DNA of 64,000 nt from an uncultured Clostridia bacterium (GCA_944384375.1 CALWTE010000017.1:1344-65343), one strand, 5' to 3'; counted from the stretch's first letter, positions 39,394 to 48,980 are shown. Notes: a model not told the origin generated them from the letters alone. Numbers and translations: made by a program.

Positions 39394-39455
39394 AGGAATT
39401 AGTTCCGAGTTGCGTTTCCGCAAGATAAGTGGCCTTTGGGGCTGAACTAATTCCT
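39394..39455 (+). other. GC-rich structured hairpin: 12-bp perfect stem, 38-nt loop with an inner hairpin; terminator or small RNA
   Basis: aGGAATTAGTTC (39394-39405) pairs with GAACTAATTCCt (39444-39455). The loop contains ttgcg-tttc-cgcaa. Confidence 0.4.
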
Positions 39456-39480
39456 ATATATTATTATATTAAAATAAAGT

Positions 39481-39586
39481 AAAAAATCAACATAAAAACA
39501 TAAAAAATTAATAAAAAACATTAAAAAACTATAAAAAACGTAAAAAAACAGCAAAAATATGGCGAAAATGCTAAAAACAACAAAAA
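39481..39586 (+). repeat. Helically phased A-tract array (11 tracts)
   Basis: A-tract starts at 39481, 39494, 39502, 39513, 39523, 39533, 39542, 39553, 39566, 39574 and 39582, with a mean spacing of about 10 bp. Confidence 0.85.
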
Positions 39587-39672
39587 TGCTTTAAAGCTTA
39601 ATATATTTTTAATTTTAACTAGCAATTAACTAAATAATAAAAAATATATATATAATATATATAAGATATGTT

Positions 39673-39700
39673 GTACGTGTCAACAATTGTTGACACGTGC
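39673..39700. repeat. Second copy of the 28-bp palindrome (27/28 identical; the inner 24 bp are perfect)
   Basis: GTACGTGTCAACAATTGTTGACACGTGC. Confidence 0.9.
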
Positions 39701-40071
39701 ATCTTTTATCACTTTATCTTTATTATAAATAATATTGATTATGGAATGTAATAGCTTGATTCTTTAGTTATGCCGCTTTTTGTTTTGTTATGTTGCTGTT
39801 GATTTTAAAAACTTGTTGCTTCCTTTGTTTTTTGTATTTTTCCTTTAAAGAAGTTTTTTAATATTTTATTGATTGATTTTTTTTTAATTTTTTATATGTG
39901 AATAGGTTTTAAGTGTATTTTTTTAGCGATTTTTCATAAAATAACATTAATTAGAATTTATGTAAGGCTCTAAAATCAAAGTTTTTTGAATAGGTTTTTT
40001 GCGGGGGAATTTTAATAATCAAAAAACACCTAAAAAATTACGAAAAAATATGGAAAAAATTATTCGTTTGC

Positions 40072-40101
40072 TTGCTTTTTTCAAAATCAATATTGTATAA
40101 T
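40072..40101 (+). promoter_or_regulatory. Promoter TTGCTT-N18-TATAAT with TGn extension, directly downstream of an A-tract array (40021-40062)
   Basis: -35 at 40072-40077 and -10 at 40096-40101, 28 nt upstream of ATG 40129. Confidence 0.55.
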
Positions 40102-40128
40102 AATTAAAATATATTCTAAGGGGTAACT

Positions 40129-42318
40129 ATGAGCAAAAAAAAGAAACAGGAAGAAGTTACGCAAGCCCCAGCCACGATTAAGGTCGTTGAAAAGAAGCGC
40201 GGTGGTTGTGGTACGTTCTTTTTGGGCTTTATTTTCTGCTTTATTTTCTTATTTGTGGCAATCGGCGGAACGGTCTTGTATCTTTACTACAATCTCACTT
40301 TGCGCCAGATTGAAAACACAATCGGCGTGGACTTGTCCTTTATTGACACCAGTCTACACGACTATTCGCTAAAAGAATTGCTTAACCTAGGTCTAAATGA
40401 AAAGGACAAAATCACCGAAGCCACTTTGGAGAGTTTAAACGCTGATTTTGACTTGCAGTTGCCTGAAACCATTCCAGGCACGCAGTTAAACATTGCGCCA
40501 GTGTATAACGAAGTGATTGCTTTTCAGGGGCAACAAGTGCAGGTGAAGAAAATTCGCATTCAAGATATAATGAACAACCTTGACGAATTTGTTTCCGCCG
40601 TACTACCTAAGGTTTACGACCATGCGACCGTGCAACAAGTGGTGGACACCTTGCAAACGACCATTCTTGACGATTTAAACTACCCAGCGCTAAACGGCGA
40701 GTATTATAATATAGGTACTACCGAACAGCCAAACTACAAAAAACTTGCCGATTTGACCATTACGCAGGCGTTAGAGCAGTTACCTGCGCATTTCGGGAGC
40801 GAAAATTTGACCGTTCAAGAACTAGCAAATGCGGCTGGGCTGTCACTTTTCCCTGATATTGAGCCAGGGCAAGACGATATTTATGCCGAATTAAAGGCTT
40901 TGAATGTAACCCAAATGACGACCGAAGATTTGACGACCAGCATAACGGGTGAAATTCTTGTAAATTTGGTTGACTTATCTGCATACGATTTTACGCAGAC
41001 GGAAGAATTTTACAACACCAACTTAAACGATTTGGGCAATTACTTCTTGACCCTTTCGCTCGGGCAATTTATCACTGCCGAAGGTGTGGCAACTGATACC
41101 GAAACTATGTTTGCAAAACCTGAATTTATCAACATTCCGCGCGACACAAAATTAATTAACTTCAAGGCAACTGCCGATGCGCTCACATTAAGCCAAATTT
41201 TTAGTGCGGAAGATTTAGAGAAATTATCGCCAGAGCAACAGGCCTTAACAGTGGCTGAGTATCTAGCAAATTACGGTGGCGAAAATACATTCGCAGTGGC
41301 TAGCGGAATTGATTGTTCTAGTTACTCGGGCTATGTTGCTTTATTTGGTAATACGACCGCTACAACGTATGCCGAAACGATGGCGAGTGCCAGCACATAC
41401 GAATATTTGGGTAACGACAATGTTACAGCAATCGCTGGAATTGCGGACTTGACTTTGCAAGAGATTACCGAAAGTGATGACGCGATTAGCCTAATGCTAG
41501 AGAATTTTGGCACTTTGGGGGACTTACTAGGTGGCGAGCAAACGGGCTTGTTTGGAATTATTAGCGAAGTGCAAATTGCCGATTTATTAAATGACGCAAG
41601 CACGGCTATTCAAAATGCCTTGACGGGCGAAAAAGCGCAAACCACGACTTTGGATAGTTTGCTGGGCGCTGATTCAAGTAGCGACCCGCTAATCGGCAGA
41701 GTAATGACGGTAACTGTGAGTGAATTGTTCGGGGGCGACCCTGGTACTGCGATTAAAAATAAGTTAATCGGTACGGAAGGGAATTACACAACGTTAGGCG
41801 AATTGCTGAACATTCAGGCTGGCACAGGGCAAAATGCAACCTTTATTGAAATTATTGCAAACCTAACCATGAAAGATTTAATCGGCGAAGGTGCAAATGC
41901 TGGTGCGGTAATTGAAGGTGCCGTTAGCGACATTATTGACACGGTAACACTTGCCGATGTGTTTAGCGCCAAAGAAGCCGCCGCAAACAGGGTGCTAAAC
42001 GAGTTGTACAACCTTGCTAACTACCCTGACGGTGCATTACCGATTAAAGATATTCCAGCGCAGTTAAACAACGTTCATTTAAGTGCGGTAGTGGGCGAGA
42101 ACAAACCTAAAATATTTAATTTGCTAGTCAATTACGATGCTTTGACGCTTAGCACGTTAGACAAAATGCAATTAAAAACAAACATTACAATAGACGACTT
42201 GATTGATGCGGGTGTAATTGAAGATAGCCTTAATTACGACAAGACTATTGCTGGTACGCCGATTAGACATATGAGTCTAGAAGCCGTTCTAGAAATCGTT
42301 GGGCAATCTGCACAATAG
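40129..42318 (+). CDS. Hypothetical N-terminally membrane-anchored protein with a large extracytoplasmic domain
   Basis: 729-aa ORF with RBS taaggggtaactATG. One TM segment, 'GTFFLGFIFCFIFLFVAIGGTVLYLYY', follows a K-rich N-terminus. Confidence 0.55.
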   Translation: MSKKKKQEEVTQAPATIKVVEKKRGGCGTFFLGFIFCFIFLFVAIGGTVLYLYYNLTLRQIENTIGVDLSFIDTSLHDYSLKELLNLGLNEKDKITEATLESLNADFDLQLPETIPGTQLNIAPVYNEVIAFQGQQVQVKKIRIQDIMNNLDEFVSAVLPKVYDHATVQQVVDTLQTTILDDLNYPALNGEYYNIGTTEQPNYKKLADLTITQALEQLPAHFGSENLTVQELANAAGLSLFPDIEPGQDDIYAELKALNVTQMTTEDLTTSITGEILVNLVDLSAYDFTQTEEFYNTNLNDLGNYFLTLSLGQFITAEGVATDTETMFAKPEFINIPRDTKLINFKATADALTLSQIFSAEDLEKLSPEQQALTVAEYLANYGGENTFAVASGIDCSSYSGYVALFGNTTATTYAETMASASTYEYLGNDNVTAIAGIADLTLQEITESDDAISLMLENFGTLGDLLGGEQTGLFGIISEVQIADLLNDASTAIQNALTGEKAQTTTLDSLLGADSSSDPLIGRVMTVTVSELFGGDPGTAIKNKLIGTEGNYTTLGELLNIQAGTGQNATFIEIIANLTMKDLIGEGANAGAVIEGAVSDIIDTVTLADVFSAKEAAANRVLNELYNLANYPDGALPIKDIPAQLNNVHLSAVVGENKPKIFNLLVNYDALTLSTLDKMQLKTNITIDDLIDAGVIEDSLNYDKTIAGTPIRHMSLEAVLEIVGQSAQ

Positions 42319-42359
42319 ATAGAAACAAGAAATAGAGAAAAATAGTTTGAGGTGAAAAA

Positions 42360-44168
42360 ATGACTGAAGAAATCACACAAAAGAAGGGACGTGGCAGACC
42401 ACGTAAGTACCCTGTGGAAACGGAGCCAAAAGAAAAGAGACCACGTGGCAGACCAAAAAAACCTGTTGACCCTGAGACGGCGAATTTGCCTAAAAGACCG
42501 CGTGGCAGACCGCGTAAAGAAGGCGTGGAAAGTGCGCCAAAAGAAAAAAGGCCACGCGGTAGGCCTAAGAAACAACCTATTTTTGCCGACGTGCAGGAGT
42601 TGGAAAGCGTAAAGGAATATGCTACCCCTAGGGCTACCGAAATCGTGGAAAATGCTCCCGAAATTAGCGAAAACGAAAATTTAATCGCCACACAGCCTAC
42701 CGAAACTGTGGTAAGTTATCAAGATGTTGAATCTAAATGGGGTTCTGCGCCTAACAAAGAAGAAAACGAAAGTATTTTCCCTAAGACACAAACCGAGCAA
42801 GAGCCTACGGCAAATAGTACTGCCGAGCCTTTTGCATATAAAAATGACGCATCTGAGGGCGAAAATGATTTTGCTGAGATTGAAACTTTAAATACGCAAT
42901 CCATTTTAAAGAATGATTTGGATACGGCAGAGCAAGACGAAACCACACAAGACGAAAATACCGCCGAATATTCAAATTACGAAGAATCCGACGCACAAAA
43001 TGATAGAGTTGTGCAACCTGTGGAAGTAATAGATTTTACGCAGGAAGATGAAACAGAAATGCGTGCGGGGAACACACCAGCCCGAGATGCTTTAGAACAA
43101 AAAACAACAATTTTTAAAAATAAGGTTTCAAATATTTATCCTGCTAAACACTTGCAAGAAGGTGATGTGCAAGGCGGAATGAAAGTGGCTTACAACGAGC
43201 CAAAAATGGAGAATACTCTCACTACGCAAAAATTAAATATTAGCACTCCACATCGGCCAGTACAACCAGTCCAAAAAGTGATAAACGAGCCTATTTATAA
43301 GACGGCTTTTAGCGGTACGGACAAGGTTGTAGTGGTTACGGGGGCTACTAGTGGTCTTGGTTTTGCTATGGCGCGAGAACTAGCAAAACTCGGGCAAACC
43401 GTTATTGCAGTGGGTAGGCGACCTAGTTTTTGCCGTGATGCGCGCAACGAAATTTTGAGCGAATTTCCTAATGCCAAGATATACTACCTTGTGGCTGATA
43501 TGAGTCTAATGAGCCAAGTGCGAATTCTTGCTGACGAAATCAAGAAAAAACTTGCTGAAATCGGCAGAGACGCTATTGACGTGCTGATTCACAATGCGGG
43601 TGTGCAGACGAATATGCACAAAATCACTTACGAAAATCACGAGTACATGTGGGCTACAAACTACTTGTCTGTGTTCTTGCTGACTCGCGAATTGCAACCG
43701 CTCCTTGATAAATCAAAAGATGCGCGCGTGATTACGACGACAAATTCCCAAAATTACAAGACAAAACTCAACTGGGCTGATATTCGTGGCGTTGCAGAAA
43801 AAGCGAATGATGATGTATATAACCAAACAAAGTTAGCCGATTTGATGTTTGCGCTGGAATACGACCACCGCTATTCTAATAGAGACGACTTGCACGCTTA
43901 TTGTGTAGACCCTGGGCTAGTCAACACCGAATTACGTACCAAAAACACTAGCGGGATAAAGAAGTTATTCCAAAAACACTTGCAAAATAAGGGTAAATCA
44001 GTGGAGCAAGGCATTGAAACTACGATTTATCTAGCAATGGCAGAAAAATTGCCTAGCAACGTGGTTTTATATGCTAACAAAAAGCCAACCGAGCCTAGCA
44101 AGTACGCGCTAGACCCTAGAAATAGGGCAGCACTTTGGCGCTACTCCGAATTAGAATTATTCGGCTAA
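42360..44168 (+). CDS. Fusion protein: four N-terminal AT-hook motifs, an acidic linker and a C-terminal short-chain dehydrogenase/reductase domain
   Basis: 'GRGRPRK', 'RPRGRPKK', 'RPRGRPRK' and 'RPRGRPKK' within aa 10-71 (nt 42387-42572). The SDR part has 'VVVVTGATSGLGFAMAREL', 'NAG' and 'YNQTK'. Confidence 0.8.
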   Translation: MTEEITQKKGRGRPRKYPVETEPKEKRPRGRPKKPVDPETANLPKRPRGRPRKEGVESAPKEKRPRGRPKKQPIFADVQELESVKEYATPRATEIVENAPEISENENLIATQPTETVVSYQDVESKWGSAPNKEENESIFPKTQTEQEPTANSTAEPFAYKNDASEGENDFAEIETLNTQSILKNDLDTAEQDETTQDENTAEYSNYEESDAQNDRVVQPVEVIDFTQEDETEMRAGNTPARDALEQKTTIFKNKVSNIYPAKHLQEGDVQGGMKVAYNEPKMENTLTTQKLNISTPHRPVQPVQKVINEPIYKTAFSGTDKVVVVTGATSGLGFAMARELAKLGQTVIAVGRRPSFCRDARNEILSEFPNAKIYYLVADMSLMSQVRILADEIKKKLAEIGRDAIDVLIHNAGVQTNMHKITYENHEYMWATNYLSVFLLTRELQPLLDKSKDARVITTTNSQNYKTKLNWADIRGVAEKANDDVYNQTKLADLMFALEYDHRYSNRDDLHAYCVDPGLVNTELRTKNTSGIKKLFQKHLQNKGKSVEQGIETTIYLAMAEKLPSNVVLYANKKPTEPSKYALDPRNRAALWRYSELELFG

Positions 44169-44386
44169 ATTAATTAGAATATTTAAACACCTTAAACTAT
44201 TTCTTATTCTATTTTATTAAATGCAAAAAACACAAAAAATACGCAAAAACTATAAAAAATATGAAATAAAATATTTTTGTTGTTAGTTATATTAGGTGGA
44301 GAAAAATTATTTTTATGGTGCAATTTTTCAATAAAAGGTAAAATTTTCTTTAACCAAAAGTACAATTACGCAATGGAGAAAAAGTT

Positions 44387-44944
44387 ATGGAATCTAATTT
44401 TGTACCAGCCTATAAACTAAGGGACAAAGACGAGTTAAAAAAGATACCAAATGACAAACCTGGCTACTATAAATGGTGGGCAAGTTATGATACTCTGCAA
44501 ATAATTTTAGATAAATTGAATATGCAATTTGACGGTATAAAAAATTATTTAGAAGTTAAAAAAGGTTACTATTGTATTTATGTAGGTGTAGCCATAAAAG
44601 AATCATTACGAGCACGTCTAAACTGGCATATTAACCAAATTAACAAACCCACAAATGTAAAAAGTGGCACATTATCCACTTTACGAAAAACCATTTCAAG
44701 TTTAGTGGGTAAAAATATGTTAGATACAGATGCCACGAATGATTTTATAAATAAATTGATGGTGGAGTATTATTTGTTTGACGATTCTATTAAATCACAA
44801 ACAGCAAAAGATAAAATTCACAAAATTGAAAATGATTTGCTTAATTGTGATACGCTGTATATTTTAAATATTCAAGACAACCACCACAAACTATCACCTA
44901 AAAAAGAATTAAAAAAATTAAGAAAAATTGCTAGACAAATTTAA
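44387..44944 (+). CDS. GIY-YIG nuclease superfamily protein (stand-alone)
   Basis: 'KPGYYKWW' (GIY-like), 'YCIYVGVA' (YIG-like) and 'LRARLNWH'. RBS aatggagaaaaagttATG. Confidence 0.5.
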   Translation: MESNFVPAYKLRDKDELKKIPNDKPGYYKWWASYDTLQIILDKLNMQFDGIKNYLEVKKGYYCIYVGVAIKESLRARLNWHINQINKPTNVKSGTLSTLRKTISSLVGKNMLDTDATNDFINKLMVEYYLFDDSIKSQTAKDKIHKIENDLLNCDTLYILNIQDNHHKLSPKKELKKLRKIARQI

Positions 44945-44945
44945 T

Positions 44946-44980
44946 AAAAAATGCTTCATATTTAATTTGAAGCATTTTTT
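44946..44980 (+). terminator. Rho-independent terminator
   Basis: Stem aatgcttca/tgaagcatt followed by a T-run. Confidence 0.7.
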
Positions 44981-45087
44981 AGTTTTAAAATCAATATTTT
45001 ATTTTTTTCCTTTTATACTTGCTTTAATATAAGGGAAACAAATACAATATTACTAAATATTGAAAGTTTTTCAATTTATTTTACTAA

Positions 45088-45122
45088 CAAAAAAAAGAAT
45101 GCTTTTGCAAGCATTCTTTTCT
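45088..45122. terminator. Bidirectional terminator at the cvpA 3' end
   Basis: Stem gaatgctt/aagcattc (45097-45116) flanked by A8 and a T-rich run. Confidence 0.7.
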
Positions 45123-45123
45123 T

Positions 45124-45813
45124 TTATATTCCCAGCCACGGGATAAGAATTCCGTCTATAAAGTCTCCCATAATTTCGTACAGTTCACGGGTGAGTGGAT
45201 TAGTTTCTAAGAAGCCGATTAACTGGTCACTAAGGGCTGGAATGGCGGGTGCAATCAAGTAAATAATACCTAAGATTATAAAAATCACGCAAGCCCCTTG
45301 CACTAGTCCTAGTACCAAACCAAAGAACCTATCAATGCCACCGATTGCACGGTTGCGAGTCAAGAACTTGAATAACTTGCCTAGTAAGGCTATCACAATT
45401 CTAATGATAATATATAGGGCAATTACTGCTATAATTACACATAGAATAGAACCTACCGACCCCGAAAAAGCCGAGATAAAGGCATCGCTAGAAACTCCGC
45501 CTTCATAGTTTTGCCAGTAGTTTGAACCCATTAAGAGTGTGGCAAATTTATCCATAAAAAAGTTATCAATCGCGCCATTTGAAGACGACACGCAGTAAGG
45601 GGCGAGGGAGCCCGATATCCAGTCGCCTAATTTGTCTGACAAGCCAAACCAGTTATTCAGTAACCCGCTCACTGGCTTTGCAAGAAGTATTGACAGGGCA
45701 AGTGTGGCTAGTGTGCCAAAAAAGTTTAATAAACTTTTCAAGAAACCACGACTCAAGCCAATAATAGCGTATAATAAAACTATTACAATTATGGCAATGT
45801 CAACCCAAGCCAT
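45124..45813 (-). CDS. cvpA: CvpA family membrane protein
   Basis: 'WVDIAIIVIVLLYAIIGLSRGFLKSLLNFFGTLATLALSILLAKP' is a typical CvpA N-terminus. Four TM segments. Confidence 0.8.
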   Translation of the reverse strand: MAWVDIAIIVIVLLYAIIGLSRGFLKSLLNFFGTLATLALSILLAKPVSGLLNNWFGLSDKLGDWISGSLAPYCVSSSNGAIDNFFMDKFATLLMGSNYWQNYEGGVSSDAFISAFSGSVGSILCVIIAVIALYIIIRIVIALLGKLFKFLTRNRAIGGIDRFFGLVLGLVQGACVIFIILGIIYLIAPAIPALSDQLIGFLETNPLTRELYEIMGDFIDGILIPWLGI

Positions 45814-46066
45814 CGCTTCCCCCCTTGTTTGATTTTTTTCGTTTTAGCATAATACTTTGCTTTTGTCAATAAAAAAATGAAAAATTTTGTCTATTTTTGA
45901 ATTTTTTGAAGAACTTACTTTCTTTATTAAATTTGATTATTAACCGCGTTTAATTATTTTATTAAATTTAGGCCTAATTTGACACAACTTTTAAGCAACA
46001 TTGTTAAATTAAATCAATCAAATTTTATTAAAACAATTTTTTAATTTAAATTCGCTATATAAAATT

Positions 46067-46094
46067 AAAACAATCTATTTTTCAAGATTGTTTT
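46067..46094 (-). terminator. Putative terminator downstream of dnaA
   Basis: AT-rich 9-bp stem aaaacaatc/gattgtttt. Confidence 0.4.
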
Positions 46095-46140
46095 AAAATT
46101 TAATTCTAAGTCATAAAAAACAGCAAAAGATTATTAAAAA

Positions 46141-47514
46141 TTACTCTTTTTTAAGTTCGGCTGTAATTTCGTTAATGATTTTTTTGATTTGCTTGTTAGT
46201 TTTTAGCAATTCCATTATTTTGTCACGTGCGTGAATTATTGTGGTGTGGTCTCTGCCGAAAATTTGCCCTATTGTGGCTAGTGGAATGGCTAGTTGCGAC
46301 CACATAAGATATATACAAATTTGTCGCGGTTCCACAATTTCTTTGTTACGTTTACGCCCTGTTAAGTCCTTTTGGTCAATAGTGAAGTAATCACAAACCG
46401 CATTAATGATGCGTTCTTGCGTAATTTTTGCACCACTTACTACGCATTGTTCACACTCTTTTTCTAGTACTTCTTCCATATCCTCACGAGTGGCAACCGT
46501 TTTGCCGTGCAAGTTCGCCAAAAAGTAAATCTTACGCAAAATTGCCTCAATTTCACGAATGTTGAAGTTTGCTAAACGTTCAGCAAGTTCGTAATCAATG
46601 CCTTTTTCAAATTCAAAGCGCTCTAATTCAATTTTCTTTTGAATGATTAAGAGCCTTGTCTCAAAGTCTGGCGGCTGAATATCTTGCATAAACCCACTAG
46701 CGAAACGGGAACGCAACCTGTCTTCTAGTGTAGCAATGTCTTTAGGTGGGCGGTCGCTAGAAATTATAATTTGCTTGCCCGCTTGATATAAATCGTTAAA
46801 GGTGTTAAAAAATTCCTCTTGTACACCTTTTTTATTGCTAATGAATTGAATATCATCAATAAGTAGTACGTCTGCTTGCCTGTATTTTTTGTGAAAAGCG
46901 TCCATTCCTTTTTCGTGGCGTACACGCACTGCCTCAACGAATGCATTTGTAAACTGCTCGCAAGTAACATATACAATATTTAGGTTAGTGGTCTTATGCT
47001 CCCAAATGTAGTTGCCGATTGCGTGGAGTAGGTGAGTTTTACCCAGTCCCGAACCACCATATATGAATAGTGGGTTAAAGCGAACGGCAGGTGCTTCTGC
47101 AACAGCACGAGCGGCAGCGTAAATTACTTGATTAGTCGTGCCTACCACAAAATTATCAAATGTATAACGTGGGTTAAAAGGGTTTTGCAAAGTTGCAGGT
47201 TTGGTGTCTAATACTTGTTCACTTGTAGGGTGCGTGAGATTGAATTTTTCTATATACTCGTCTTTTTCTTCGGGAATCAGCACGTGCACGTCTTCTAGAT
47301 TAAAATGCTCTTTTAGTGCATCTCTCATACGCTTTAAGTAAACGCCGTAAATCTGTGTACGACACATTTCACTAGGGGCAACAAGCACCAGTTTGTCGTC
47401 TTCAATGTTAATCGGCTGTAACGGGTTTATCCACAAATCCATACCAACAGAACTGATATTTTTCGCAAAATCTGCCAGGCACAGCGCCCATTGTCTATCC
47501 AAAAAACTCTGCAT
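46141..47514 (-). CDS. dnaA: Chromosomal replication initiator protein DnaA
   Basis: 'LFIYGGSGLGKTHLLHAIGN', 'LLIDDIQF', 'IISSDRPP' and a domain IV 'IVEPRQICIYLMWSQLAIPLATIGQIFGRDHTTIIHA'. Start chosen at ATG 47514, 8 nt after AGGAG. Confidence 0.95.
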   Translation of the reverse strand: MQSFLDRQWALCLADFAKNISSVGMDLWINPLQPINIEDDKLVLVAPSEMCRTQIYGVYLKRMRDALKEHFNLEDVHVLIPEEKDEYIEKFNLTHPTSEQVLDTKPATLQNPFNPRYTFDNFVVGTTNQVIYAAARAVAEAPAVRFNPLFIYGGSGLGKTHLLHAIGNYIWEHKTTNLNIVYVTCEQFTNAFVEAVRVRHEKGMDAFHKKYRQADVLLIDDIQFISNKKGVQEEFFNTFNDLYQAGKQIIISSDRPPKDIATLEDRLRSRFASGFMQDIQPPDFETRLLIIQKKIELERFEFEKGIDYELAERLANFNIREIEAILRKIYFLANLHGKTVATREDMEEVLEKECEQCVVSGAKITQERIINAVCDYFTIDQKDLTGRKRNKEIVEPRQICIYLMWSQLAIPLATIGQIFGRDHTTIIHARDKIMELLKTNKQIKKIINEITAELKKE

Positions 47515-47872
47515 ACTCATATCTCCTTTGTCCACTAAAAATTAATGTGGCGAGTGCAAAAACTTCTGCCACAATCAAACGTAAATTAATGTTATCACAA
47601 GAATTTTAAAAAGTAAAGTTTTAAGGACAGGTTTTTTTGAAGTTTTTGAATATGACAATCTGTAATTTATTTATAATAAATTAAATTTGCCAAATTTTTT
47701 AAAATTTTTGTTAAAATCTAGTTGAGTTTTATTTAGGTTGATAAGATTTAAGGATAAAAATATATTTATCAAATTTTTATTTTACTTCTTTAAAATAGAA
47801 GCGTTAGTATTATTTGCTTTACTATTAACTTAAAAAATATTATAATTTTTTTATAAAATTTAAAAAAGAGTA

Positions 47873-47903
47873 TTGACTCTCCCCTTAGGTGTAATGATAT
47901 TCT
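47873..47903 (+). promoter_or_regulatory. MerR-type promoter candidate: TTGACT, 19-bp spacer containing CTCCCCTTAGG, then TATTCT
   Basis: -35 at 47873-47878 and a candidate -10 at 47898-47903. A 19-bp spacer is characteristic of MerR-family regulated promoters. An alternative reading is a 17-bp spacer with GATATT. Confidence 0.4.
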
Positions 47904-47936
47904 CTTTACGTAAATAAGAAAAGGAGTTACAAAATT

Positions 47937-48980
47937 ATGTTAAAAATAGGTGATTTAGCAAAATTATTTGATGTTTCAGTCAAAACAATTCGCTTTTATG
48001 AAAAAAAGAAATTGCTTGAACCTGCGGAAGTAGATATTTACACCGGTTATAGATACTACGACGAAAAAAGTATTAAACGTTTGAGCGAAATTTTATATTT
48101 AAAAAAACTAGGTTTTTCTTTAAAGGAAATTGCTAATTTTGATGAAAAACAAATAATTTCAAAGACCAAGCAACTACAAAAACAAATTGAAGAAATTTAT
48201 AAAAATCTTAACGAACTCAATCTTATTTACAAAAATAACGAAGGAGAATTTATTATGCAAAATTTTATTAATGATTCACAAGTTTTAGGTAAATGGGAAC
48301 GTGTTTGTGTAGTTAATAGTAAGGAAGAATTTTTATCAGGAAAATACACCGACCAAAAAGAAATTTTCGCAAATTTTAAAAATATTTATTTCCTAGAAAA
48401 TGGTCAAGGCTACTGGTGTTTTGATTATTGGAGTAAGGGTATTTTAAAATTTTTCAGTATTGAAAAGCCTTTTGAATATGAATTAGAAAAAGACTTAATG
48501 TTTTTAATGCTTTTTGATAAATATTCAAATGAAAAAGTTGGTGTCGCCGTATATCGCAAGGCAGACAACAAAATTTACACCTTACAAGATATTGCTCATA
48601 TTGATAATATAGATTTGCCTTTTGAAAACGATACAAACGTTTTAGGTTTGTGGAAAAGTGTAGATTTTATAGGTATTAAAGACGAATATATTCCAGGGAC
48701 AAAACAATGGACATATGATGATGGCAAATTGCCTTTGACTTCCTTATCATTTTTGCCCGATGGGAAACTAATAACATCGTGGTTAGATAATTCAACAGGT
48801 AATCAAAAATGGACAAAAAATTTTGCACTTTTTAGAAGGGGTGGCAAGGAAGATGTTGCGTGCCATTATGAAATAAAAAATATTAAAGGCAAAACTTATA
48901 TGTATCTAGAATGGAAGTCTGGCGATTATACTTTTGGTGGATTTGTAAACAACAAATATGTGTTAGAAAAAATTTCCTAA
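47937..48980 (+). CDS. MerR family transcriptional regulator with a roughly 230-aa uncharacterised C-terminal domain
   Basis: 'IGDLAKLFDVSVKTIRFYEKKKLLEPAEVDIYTGYRYYDEKSIKRLSEILYLKKLGFSLKEI'. Confidence 0.8.
   Translation: MLKIGDLAKLFDVSVKTIRFYEKKKLLEPAEVDIYTGYRYYDEKSIKRLSEILYLKKLGFSLKEIANFDEKQIISKTKQLQKQIEEIYKNLNELNLIYKNNEGEFIMQNFINDSQVLGKWERVCVVNSKEEFLSGKYTDQKEIFANFKNIYFLENGQGYWCFDYWSKGILKFFSIEKPFEYELEKDLMFLMLFDKYSNEKVGVAVYRKADNKIYTLQDIAHIDNIDLPFENDTNVLGLWKSVDFIGIKDEYIPGTKQWTYDDGKLPLTSLSFLPDGKLITSWLDNSTGNQKWTKNFALFRRGGKEDVACHYEIKNIKGKTYMYLEWKSGDYTFGGFVNNKYVLEKIS

Noticed and set aside
47585-47600. gTTATCACAag upstream of dnaA, considered as a DnaA box
   Set aside because: It matches TTATCCACA only if a 1-nt deletion is allowed, so it is not counted. 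This leaves dnaA without recognisable flanking boxes.
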